Assembly (NCBI GenBank): GCA_945285405.1
Contig: CALYQJ010000003.1
Coordinates: 2,761-66,760, forward strand
Length of the DNA stretch: 64,000 nucleotides
Source: an uncultured Lactobacillaceae bacterium
GTDB taxonomy: Bacteria; Bacillota; Bacilli; Lactobacillales; Lactobacillaceae
Direction: 5' to 3'
Shown here: positions 43,537 through 52,330 of the stretch, piece by piece
Layout of the letters: each line of letters starts with the position of its first letter
Numbering within the stretch: position 1 is the first letter of the stretch
Notes under the pieces: generated by a model
The model's input: the letters and a program-made list of their open reading frames with translations, nothing else
Database searches by the model: none
Told to the model about the DNA's origin: nothing
Position numbers and translations under genes: made by a program

Positions 43537-46500
43537 CTAATCAGTACCCAAATAGTTAACAATTAGCCGTTTAGTAACTTTATTTCCTGCCATATCAATT
43601 AATGTTACTTCATATTGATTAATCCCTGGAGCTGGAATAACTTCATATGAGAAATCTACTGGAAAACCATTTTGAACTGAAAATACTTCTTGCATTGGAG
43701 TAACTGCAACAAGATTATTATTGATAAATACCATAAATCCTGAATAATTATCACCAGCAGTCCCTCTAATTACAAAAGGTCTTTGAAGAGTACTAAGATG
43801 ATAATCTCCTTTTTCATCAACCTTCCAACTATCACTATTTTCCAATTTCAATGTTGGTAATGTGGTATCAATTGAAAAATGAATTGACCCATCTACGAGA
43901 GCCTTTCCTTTTTCATCAGCCACATAGACCCAAATTGATTTATAACCATTAGCTGGTAACTTGACTTTTTTACTGAATTTTAAATTATAAGGATTATAAT
44001 CAACATTTTCTCCCGCAATTTTGAAAGTCGCTACAGGCTTTTTTAAATGTCCAGTAATAGTATAACTACCATCTTCTGGATTAAAATCTTTAGTTTCTGT
44101 ATTAATTAACTTATTTTCACCAATGTCAATTTCATCATCATCAAAAATTACTTGTTTACCAGGGTCATCATCATAACTTGTAATTATTGTTACTTTGATT
44201 GGATCTGTAACATTACCGTCTTTATCTTTTGCCGTTATCGTAAATTCATTAATACCATATACTAAGTCAAGTCCTACCTTAAATGTATGGTCTTTTTCAA
44301 AATCTATTTTCTGTACTTCAATATTTTTATTTGGTCCTTTGATTAGAATCTTTTCAATTGCTGGATCGACAGTACCAGTTAATTCATAAGTTTTTTGATC
44401 AGTTCTAATAGTTTGATTAGCATCCTTAATTACTAATGGAGCAATCTTCATTGCAATTACAGTACTAAAATTATTAATTAACTTAAATCCTTTAGAATCA
44501 TCTGAAAATCGGAAAACTCCATCTTTAGGAATAAGTACTTTAGCATTAAACATTCCATCTTTATCTACCTTAATTGGTTGACCATTAAGATAAAAGTCAT
44601 GATCATATGATCCTTTTACTGTAATGAAATTATTTTTAGCATCAACGTCTGGTGTTGTAGATGAAATTGTCATTCCATTTTGAATATTATAGACAATTAA
44701 ACCACGTTCAGATTTTCCAGGGGCTACTAAATAAGATTCTTGATATCCAAAATTAGCTGCATTATCCAAGACACCAACTTCCACTAAATTCTTTCCGGCT
44801 TGTAGATTAGCACTTTGTTCAGGAACTAATTTAATAGTGAAAGGCTGTGTTGACAGAGGCTTACCATCTGGATCATTTAAACTATATTCGTGACTTATGC
44901 CATTAACTGATACCTCAACTGTACCCATATTCTCTAATCCACTATTTTCGTCACTGAGATTAACTTTTAAATAATAGTCATTGCCATCCTTAGTTAACTT
45001 AACCTCTCCGATTTTTGGCTTTTGGGTATCTACTCTAATTTTTAAATCTTGACTTTGAGTAATTTCATTATTAAGTTCACCACCAACTTTAAAGCGATAA
45101 GTATAAACACCATCAGTAACTGGTAACTCTTTACCTTTAGCTTTATCCCATGCCTTGCCATTCCAACCTAATTGAGTATCACTAACAGTAGTAAAATTGC
45201 CTCCATTAGCGTCATAGAATGATTTACGAAGATAAGTATCCTTATACAAGATTTTTACAGATTTGCCTTGTTCATTGTAAATTTCAAATAATGGATTTCG
45301 GCAATTTTTAAATAAATAGTAAGTTGGATAAGCATCATCTTGATGGCCATCATCATTAGGCGAAATAGCTACGGTATCTGGTTTAATATAACTTTTTAAT
45401 CTATTCGTATCTGAGCTAAAATCAGGAGCATTGTTTTGATCTCCTCGCTGATCTGCCGGCAAATCACTTCCTAAAATATTACCATCTTTATCTTGGAAGT
45501 ATCCGCCGCCAAAAACAGACTCGTCTTCAAAAGCAGGTTTATCAATAGTTTGAACTTGATCCCAGTTACCATAGAAACCTAAATAAGGAACTACCAGATT
45601 AGGTGCAGTCTCACTATCAAAACCAATATAGCCTTCAACAAATTTTTGTTTTTCTAAATTCATTGGTAATGATAAATTTACTGTAACTTTAACTCTACCA
45701 TTCGCTGGAACTACAATGACTCCTTTATCTGTGGTTAAACTAGCACCTGCAATTTGTACTTCACCAATTGCTTTATTTAGTTCATCACTACTAGTCCAAG
45801 GTCCACCATGATTGTTAAATGTATACTTAATTTCTTTGTTACTCCGATTATTCAAAGTAACTGTCATTTGAGTACTTACCCCAATTTCTTTTAATGCAAA
45901 AGCAGCATCACCTTCAGGAGTAGTTGCTGTAACACGATTATCCACTGCTTTATCCAATTGAATCATCCCTGATCCTTGCTGACGTGGAGAGACGACATTA
46001 CCATTGTCAGAAAGATTTAGCATTGGTTTTGCTGTATTCATTAAACTAATCTTTGCGAATTTAGTTAGTTGATCTTTACTAAGTTGAATACCTTCTTTTT
46101 GTAAACTTTCTACCATAATTGCTGTAGCACCAGCAATAAATGGTGCGGCCATTGAAGTTCCACTCATATTTTGGTATTTATTTCCATTAGCCATTGACCA
46201 AATTTGGCCTCCAGGTGCCGTTACATCGGGTTTAAATGAAAGATTAGAGTTTGGACCAAAAGAAGTAAACGTTGACATCTTACCTTGATCTTTGTTTGGC
46301 ACTTGTTGTTTGCTAACTGTAATTTTATAAGTTTTATCTGGTGCAGCTGTGATTGCCTTCACCAAATCTTTACCATCACTAGTAGTAACTCCTAATGTAG
46401 GAAAATCTTCAAGCCAAGCAAAACCTTGATTACTATTATTAGGATTGTTATCTACAATTACTAATCCTACTGCTCCAGCAGCTTTAGCATTTTTTTGTTT

Positions 46501-48009
46501 AGCAGTAAAAGCTATTGCTCCCCGAGCAACAACCGCAATTTTTCCTTTTACTCCACCATCAAAGTCTTCTGGATTACCAATTCCAGGTAAACCATCCTTA
46601 CCATTTTTAGCTATATAAAAGGCGTGACCAGAAACATCTTCAAATTTTGCTGTTTTTGATAGCTGACCTACAATAGGACGACCAATAATATCTTGATTTT
46701 TATCATCAACAATTTTAGTTACATTAGTAATTAATGTACTATTTTCAGCAGAAGCAACGGTAATTGCTTCAGGTGATACTCCTGGGGATCCCACTGTGGC
46801 AGTATCAGCAGTTTTATAAAAAGGTACATTATCACCTTTAGCAGAATTAGATAGTCCTGAATTTCCAGCAGAAATAACGGGAATAACTCCTTGTTTAGTG
46901 GCATTAACTATTGCAATCTGTTCCGGATCTTTTGAATCAACATCTCCAGCAGTTGATCCCAAAGACATATTCATAATATCAGCACCAAGTTTTACAGAAT
47001 CTTCAATTGCACTGATTAAATCATCAGATGTTGCACCCTTAGATGTATTACTAAAAACTTTTAAATCTAACAATTGAGCTTCTGGAGCGACTCCCTTGGC
47101 AGCATTTATTGGATCATCTCCTTCTCCATTAGCAGCCGCAATTCCTGCAACGTGCATTCCATGCATTGTAGTCCCTGTATCCCAAACAGTTTGGTCAGTA
47201 CCATCAGCATAGTTATAAGCAAATGGCACTTTATCATTGCAAGCTTTACCATAACCTAAAGTTTTAGCTAAATTATTCCCTTGATTAACGCTAATTTTTT
47301 CTTTACTAGGTTCAGAAATTCGTAAATCTTTATGTGTTGGATCAATCCCCGTATCAAGGATGGCGATTACCATGCCTTCACCTTTAAAATGATTTGATTC
47401 CCAAACCTTTTGAACATTAGCTAATTCATTCGCTGAATTATCTTGTGGATAGTAAACCTTCGCTATACTAACATTTTTTACGCCATTAACTTTCTTAATT
47501 TGTGCAATTTGACTTGGTTTTGCCATAATCGAAAAGCCGTTAAATAAATAACCATATTTACGGCGAACCTTAGTTCCAGTTATATTTTCAACTTGTTTTT
47601 TTGTTTCACTTTGTTGATTAATTACCTGATTACTTGCTTGATCAATTTGTTGAACTGAAGTATTTGAACCAGTAGGAATAATGTTTTCCTTAAAAGCCGG
47701 TTGCGATTTTAATTCGACAATCACTTTAACTGGCTGATCTTTAACTTGTTCTAAATTCAAATTACTAACATCAGCACCTCGCGCTGCTAATTGATCTTTA
47801 ACTGCATTAAAATATTTTTGATTTATTTGTTCTTTACGTTTACTTGATGCACTTCGTAACTGGTTTTCTAATTGCTTTTTCCCGGTAGCAACTGATTTTA
47901 CGGGAGAATCAGTTGTTGCTGCTCCAGCCGTTTGTACCTGAACTAAGGGTTGGCTCAACAATAAAACCGAGCCTAAGATCCCTAAGATTTTTGATAACTT
48001 TTTCTGCAT
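43537..48009 (-). CDS. Secreted S8 subtilase, PrtP/lactocepin-like cell-envelope proteinase with no visible anchor
   Basis: Signal peptide, I9-like propeptide, triad ILDTGID / HGMHVAG / GTSMAAP, PA insert (GKIAVVARG), SPRQQGSG and Ig/Fn-like A and B regions. Confidence 0.92.
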   Translation of the reverse strand: MQKKLSKILGILGSVLLLSQPLVQVQTAGAATTDSPVKSVATGKKQLENQLRSASSKRKEQINQKYFNAVKDQLAARGADVSNLNLEQVKDQPVKVIVELKSQPAFKENIIPTGSNTSVQQIDQASNQVINQQSETKKQVENITGTKVRRKYGYLFNGFSIMAKPSQIAQIKKVNGVKNVSIAKVYYPQDNSANELANVQKVWESNHFKGEGMVIAILDTGIDPTHKDLRISEPSKEKISVNQGNNLAKTLGYGKACNDKVPFAYNYADGTDQTVWDTGTTMHGMHVAGIAAANGEGDDPINAAKGVAPEAQLLDLKVFSNTSKGATSDDLISAIEDSVKLGADIMNMSLGSTAGDVDSKDPEQIAIVNATKQGVIPVISAGNSGLSNSAKGDNVPFYKTADTATVGSPGVSPEAITVASAENSTLITNVTKIVDDKNQDIIGRPIVGQLSKTAKFEDVSGHAFYIAKNGKDGLPGIGNPEDFDGGVKGKIAVVARGAIAFTAKQKNAKAAGAVGLVIVDNNPNNSNQGFAWLEDFPTLGVTTSDGKDLVKAITAAPDKTYKITVSKQQVPNKDQGKMSTFTSFGPNSNLSFKPDVTAPGGQIWSMANGNKYQNMSGTSMAAPFIAGATAIMVESLQKEGIQLSKDQLTKFAKISLMNTAKPMLNLSDNGNVVSPRQQGSGMIQLDKAVDNRVTATTPEGDAAFALKEIGVSTQMTVTLNNRSNKEIKYTFNNHGGPWTSSDELNKAIGEVQIAGASLTTDKGVIVVPANGRVKVTVNLSLPMNLEKQKFVEGYIGFDSETAPNLVVPYLGFYGNWDQVQTIDKPAFEDESVFGGGYFQDKDGNILGSDLPADQRGDQNNAPDFSSDTNRLKSYIKPDTVAISPNDDGHQDDAYPTYYLFKNCRNPLFEIYNEQGKSVKILYKDTYLRKSFYDANGGNFTTVSDTQLGWNGKAWDKAKGKELPVTDGVYTYRFKVGGELNNEITQSQDLKIRVDTQKPKIGEVKLTKDGNDYYLKVNLSDENSGLENMGTVEVSVNGISHEYSLNDPDGKPLSTQPFTIKLVPEQSANLQAGKNLVEVGVLDNAANFGYQESYLVAPGKSERGLIVYNIQNGMTISSTTPDVDAKNNFITVKGSYDHDFYLNGQPIKVDKDGMFNAKVLIPKDGVFRFSDDSKGFKLINNFSTVIAMKIAPLVIKDANQTIRTDQKTYELTGTVDPAIEKILIKGPNKNIEVQKIDFEKDHTFKVGLDLVYGINEFTITAKDKDGNVTDPIKVTIITSYDDDPGKQVIFDDDEIDIGENKLINTETKDFNPEDGSYTITGHLKKPVATFKIAGENVDYNPYNLKFSKKVKLPANGYKSIWVYVADEKGKALVDGSIHFSIDTTLPTLKLENSDSWKVDEKGDYHLSTLQRPFVIRGTAGDNYSGFMVFINNNLVAVTPMQEVFSVQNGFPVDFSYEVIPAPGINQYEVTLIDMAGNKVTKRLIVNYLGTD

Positions 48010-48254
48010 TAACTTCTCCCTTCAGCTATTTGGAAAATTGTAAAAGATTTTGTGTTAAATTACAAGAAAAATATACAAAAAAACGAAAATTTATGAATCA
48101 ATTTTCGCCAATATACCTTAAAAAATTTATAAACTTGCAGTTAAATTTTGAAAAATGAATAAAATAATAGTAAAAGTTCTAAATATTAGAAATTATTTTA
48201 TGTTATAAAATAATAATAAAATCTTTTGTTGTTTTAACCTAATAGCTAACTTTT

Positions 48255-48298
48255 AAAAATAAAAATGACAGTTAACGTAAAATGTTAACTGTCATTTT
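48255..48298 (-). terminator. Terminator downstream of tRNA-Arg
   Basis: AAAATGACAGTTAAC-N7-GTTAACTGTCATTTT. Confidence 0.8.
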
Positions 48299-48334
48299 AT
48301 GAAAAAAATCGTGATAATCAAAAGTTGATAAAAA

Positions 48335-48406
48335 TGCGGGACCTGGGAGTCGAACCCAGATTTCAGGAACCGGAATCCTACGTGCGATCCATTACACTAA
48401 TCCCGC
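48335..48406 (-). tRNA. tRNA-Arg(CCG), CCA not encoded
   Basis: Cloverleaf with acceptor GCGGGAT/GTCCCGC, anticodon arm TAGGA-TTCCGGT-TCCTG and T-arm CTGGG-TTCGACT-CCCAG. Confidence 0.95.
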
Positions 48407-48417
48407 GCACGATTAAT

Positions 48418-48446
48418 AGCTTACCTAAAAGCGCCTAAAACGTCAA
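48418..48446 (-). promoter_or_regulatory. Sigma-A promoter of tRNA-Arg
   Basis: TTGACG-17nt-TAAGCT. Confidence 0.65.
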
Positions 48447-48580
48447 GGGACAAACAGACATGGTTCAAGATAATCTTTAAGTTTTAATGATATTACTTTG
48501 TAAATTTTAAATTATAATAGGTTTACTAAATAAAAATAAAAAACTATTATTTTTTACTAAAATAAGTTTGAGGAATATCC

Positions 48581-49930
48581 ATGAAATTGAAAACTCATCT
48601 AGCAATTGTTGCTGCTAAAACTAGTCACTTTATTTTAAAAAATATTTTACATCGAAGTGCTACTGCTTTTCCTGGAAAAATTGCTTTAAAAATTGACCCA
48701 AATTTACTACAAAATCTTAATGAAAAAAGTACGACTATCCTAGTGACTGGAACTAATGGAAAAACATTAACGACAGCTCTCTGCGCTAAAATTATGCGTA
48801 CCGCTGGTTTTAAAGTCATGACTAATTCTTCTGGATCTAACATGATTCAAGGAATTGTCAATACTTTAATTATGCAACAATCTAAAAATCATAACAATCA
48901 AAAAAGTGTTGCTATCTTAGAGGTAGATGAGGCAAATATGGCTCAAGTATCAGCGGCATTAAAACCTGAATTTATCGTCTTAACTAATATTTTTCGTGAT
49001 CAAATGGATCGCTATGGCGAAATTTATACAACTTATGACAAAATTTTAGCAGGTATTAAAAAAGTTCCACAAGCAACCTTAATTGTTAACGGTGATTCAC
49101 CAATCTTTCAACGCAATAAGCCACAAAATCGCCAAATTTATTATGGATTTGACTTAACAAACAAAAATGAAAACCGGCAGGCCCCTAGTAATACTGATGG
49201 AGTTTTATCACCTACTGACCATAGTATTTTACATTACCGGTTTTTAACTTACGCTAATTTGGGAGCATATTATTCAGTCACTGACGACTTTAAACGTCCG
49301 CCACTAAATTATGCTGTTACCAAAATTAATAATTTAACTCCTAAGGAATCTGAATTTGAAATTGAACATAAACCCTTTCGAATTGAGATTGGAGGATTAT
49401 ACAACATCTATAATGCCTTAGCTGCTTATGCTTTAGCTTGTGAACTAGGAATTAAACCCGAAACAGTTCAACGAACTTTTGAACAAAATCAACAAATTTT
49501 TGGCCGGCAAGAAGCTATAAATATTAAAGATAAAGAATTAACTATTGTTCTAATTAAAAATCCTGTCGGAGCAAACGCCATAATTGATTTAATGTTAACT
49601 GAAAAAGATCCTTTTTCTTTAGGCGTTCTTTTAAATGCCAATTACGCTGATGGGATTGATACTTCTTGGATTTGGGATGCCGACTTCGAAAAATTACATC
49701 AAGCATCAATAAAAAAAGTAATCGTTGGCGGAGAAAGATATCGTGATATTCATGTACGTCTAAAAATGGGGGGCTTTCCAACTCAAGATATTGAACCTGA
49801 CCTTACTAAATTAGTCAACCATTTATCTAATGTACCAACGAAAAAAATTTACTTAGCTGCAACTTATACTGCAATGTTACAATTGCGTGAACAATTAGCT
49901 AAGAGTGGCTATCTTAAAGGAGGCTTTTAA
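48581..49930 (+). CDS. murT: Lipid II isoglutaminyl synthase subunit MurT
   Basis: VTGTNGKT, EVDE, NIFRDQMDRYGE, KNPVG and DTSWIWDADFE; coupled to gatD. Confidence 0.94.
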   Translation: MKLKTHLAIVAAKTSHFILKNILHRSATAFPGKIALKIDPNLLQNLNEKSTTILVTGTNGKTLTTALCAKIMRTAGFKVMTNSSGSNMIQGIVNTLIMQQSKNHNNQKSVAILEVDEANMAQVSAALKPEFIVLTNIFRDQMDRYGEIYTTYDKILAGIKKVPQATLIVNGDSPIFQRNKPQNRQIYYGFDLTNKNENRQAPSNTDGVLSPTDHSILHYRFLTYANLGAYYSVTDDFKRPPLNYAVTKINNLTPKESEFEIEHKPFRIEIGGLYNIYNALAAYALACELGIKPETVQRTFEQNQQIFGRQEAINIKDKELTIVLIKNPVGANAIIDLMLTEKDPFSLGVLLNANYADGIDTSWIWDADFEKLHQASIKKVIVGGERYRDIHVRLKMGGFPTQDIEPDLTKLVNHLSNVPTKKIYLAATYTAMLQLREQLAKSGYLKGGF

Positions 49931-50634
49931 TGAACTTAACAATCCAAATTGCTCATCTTTACGGTAATATCATGAACACCTATGGGGACTATGGCAATAT
50001 CGTTGCTTTACGCTATTATGCCAAAATGTTGGGAATTGTTGTTAATGATAAAATAGTTTCTTTAGGTGATCCTTTAGTAGCTGATGAATATGACTTTATG
50101 CTATTTGGAGGCGGTCAAGATTTTGAAGAAAAGGTCTTAGCCCCTGATTTTCGTCAAAAAGCTTCTATTATGCAAGAATATATTGAAAATGGTGGTCCAA
50201 TGTTAGCAGTTTGTGGAGGATACCAAATGCTGGGACAATATTTTGTTATGTCTAATGGTGAAAAAATTTCTGGATTAGGTGTTTTACCGCACTATACTGT
50301 TAATCAAGCTAACTCTCGTTTTATCGGTAACATTACAATTAAAAATTCCCAAACCCAGGAAACTTACCATGGCTTTGAAAATCACCAAGGACGTACTTTT
50401 TTAGGTGCTGGTGAACAACCCTTAGGAGAAGTTATTTCTGGTCACGGTAATAACGGTGAAGATCAGAGTGAAGGAGTAATTTATCAAAATGTCTTTGGTA
50501 CTTACTTTCATGGTCCAATCTTAACCCGTAACGGTAATTTGGCTAAAAGACTTTTAAAAATTATTTTAAACAGAAAACTACCTGAAAAAGATTGGGACAC
50601 TTTAGTTGACCCTTTACCAGCAGAAAATTTTTAA
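49930..50634 (+). CDS. gatD: Lipid II isoglutaminyl synthase glutaminase subunit GatD
   Basis: MNTYGDYGN, GGGQD, catalytic AVCGGYQ, GFENHQG and GTYFHGP. Confidence 0.94.
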   Translation: MNLTIQIAHLYGNIMNTYGDYGNIVALRYYAKMLGIVVNDKIVSLGDPLVADEYDFMLFGGGQDFEEKVLAPDFRQKASIMQEYIENGGPMLAVCGGYQMLGQYFVMSNGEKISGLGVLPHYTVNQANSRFIGNITIKNSQTQETYHGFENHQGRTFLGAGEQPLGEVISGHGNNGEDQSEGVIYQNVFGTYFHGPILTRNGNLAKRLLKIILNRKLPEKDWDTLVDPLPAENF

Positions 50635-50753
50635 ACTATTATTTAGGATCCTTGTATAAAGATAATTAATTATTATTGGAAGTTGATTCCCTCAACTTAT
50701 GGAATAGGCTAAAATATAAAAGATTATTTCTAATGAAAAAATAAGGAGAAAAA

Positions 50754-52292
50754 ATGAATTTCTTTATTACCAATAATATTTCCGAAAGCATGTCGGGAAT
50801 TGAACATGCCCAAATTAAACGATTGAACCTTTTTCATGAAGAAGGCGGGGAAGCAATGATTTTAACAGTGAAACATTGGACTAACACCCACTCGGTACTT
50901 AAAGATATTAATATTCCTAATGATTGGCACTTAAATGCTTTCGATTTTTATCAAGGAACTAAAGATGTAGCTAAAATTAAAAATGGTATCGATCAATATG
51001 AAAACAATGATCAGTACCAAGTTATTTTTTTGGGAACTAATCGTACAGATTATGGTTATCAAGTTCATGATAAACAAAAAAATTGTAATTATATAATTCA
51101 AGTTAATCCTAAGAACAAACAAATTACCTCTTTTGTTTATCTAGAACCCGATGGCCATACATTTAAAAAATATGATTACTATGATGAACGCGGCTTCTTA
51201 TCTTCTCGTAATTATATTGATGAAAAGCAACGTTCTATTTGCGAGCAATTTTTCGATTTAAATGGAAATATTGTTGTAGAAATTAAAAACGTATATCCTC
51301 GTAACGTGCCTACCGTTGATAAAATTACCGTTAAATATCAAGGTAAAACTACCATTTTAAATAATGTTGATGAATTTCAAAGCAAATTTTTAGACGACGT
51401 TAATCTTCTTTATGGTGAAGGCAAAAAAGTTAATAATTTCTTTTCCGATCGAATGGAGCTAACTCATTCTTTAGCTACAATGCAAACTCCGGCATACAAA
51501 TATATGATTATCCACAGCTCCCATGTTGCTAATACTCACGATATAATGCATTCTCGTCTTAACGAAAACTATGAATATGGTTTACGTCATGTTGGTTTAT
51601 TTGATGGAATTATCGTCCCAACTCATACTCAACAAGTGGATGTTCAAAAACGCTTTACTAGCACTGATACTAAAATTTATCATGTCCCCGTGGGAATTGC
51701 TGATCCTAAGATTAAGTATGCCCCCTTTGATCAAAGAGATCATAAAACGATCATTGCTGTTTCTCGAATTTCTGAAGAGAAAAGACTAGAAGATTTAGTT
51801 CGTGTTTTCAATCTTGTACATAAGGAAGTCCCTGATGCCAAACTTGATATTTGGGGATATGCAATGAACGACTTTGAAGTTAACAAAATTTTAATTGCAA
51901 TTAATCGCTTTGCTTTACAAAATGTGATTCATTTACGCGGATATACGCAAAATATTTCTGAAGTTTATGATCATTCAATTTGCTTAGCTAGTACTTCCCG
52001 TGTTGAAGGTTCACCCCTATCAATGGTTGAAGCTATCAATCATGGTGTTCCTATTGTTACCTACAATATAAAATACTTTGATCCAGATGTTGTTGGCGAT
52101 GGGGAACATGGTTACCTCATTAAAGAAGGTGACGTTAAACAGATGGCCAAAACTTTAATTAATATCCTAAAAGATCCATTTTTACAAAAAACATTAAGCT
52201 CTCGAGCTTATGAAGCTGCTGCAAAATTTTATCCACACGAAGTTTGGTTAAAATGGCAACAAGTGTTAAATCATGAAGAACCTACTGATTAA
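50754..52292 (+). CDS. GT4 glycosyltransferase (TagE/GtfA-like, e.g. poly(glycerol-phosphate) alpha-glucosyltransferase)
   Basis: SGIEHAQIKR, IHSSH, SRISEEK and the GT-B signature SRVEGSPLSMVEA. Confidence 0.85.
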   Translation: MNFFITNNISESMSGIEHAQIKRLNLFHEEGGEAMILTVKHWTNTHSVLKDINIPNDWHLNAFDFYQGTKDVAKIKNGIDQYENNDQYQVIFLGTNRTDYGYQVHDKQKNCNYIIQVNPKNKQITSFVYLEPDGHTFKKYDYYDERGFLSSRNYIDEKQRSICEQFFDLNGNIVVEIKNVYPRNVPTVDKITVKYQGKTTILNNVDEFQSKFLDDVNLLYGEGKKVNNFFSDRMELTHSLATMQTPAYKYMIIHSSHVANTHDIMHSRLNENYEYGLRHVGLFDGIIVPTHTQQVDVQKRFTSTDTKIYHVPVGIADPKIKYAPFDQRDHKTIIAVSRISEEKRLEDLVRVFNLVHKEVPDAKLDIWGYAMNDFEVNKILIAINRFALQNVIHLRGYTQNISEVYDHSICLASTSRVEGSPLSMVEAINHGVPIVTYNIKYFDPDVVGDGEHGYLIKEGDVKQMAKTLINILKDPFLQKTLSSRAYEAAAKFYPHEVWLKWQQVLNHEEPTD

Positions 52293-52301
52293 TATTCTGT
52301 T

Positions 52302-52330
52302 AAAAAAAGCTGTTAAGAAACAGCTTTTTT
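52302..52330. terminator. Bidirectional terminator between the GT4 and transglutaminase genes
   Basis: AAAAAAAGCTGTT-AAGA-AACAGCTTTTTT. Confidence 0.8.

Noticed and set aside
40300-48406. Integrative element or prophage at tRNA-Arg(CCG)
   Set aside because: There is no integrase, and I found no duplicate of the tRNA 3' end by eye.
50679-50699. AAGTTGA-TTCCC-TCAACTT hairpin before the GT4 gene as a riboswitch or terminator
   Set aside because: It is a single short stem with no U-tract and no recognisable aptamer consensus.
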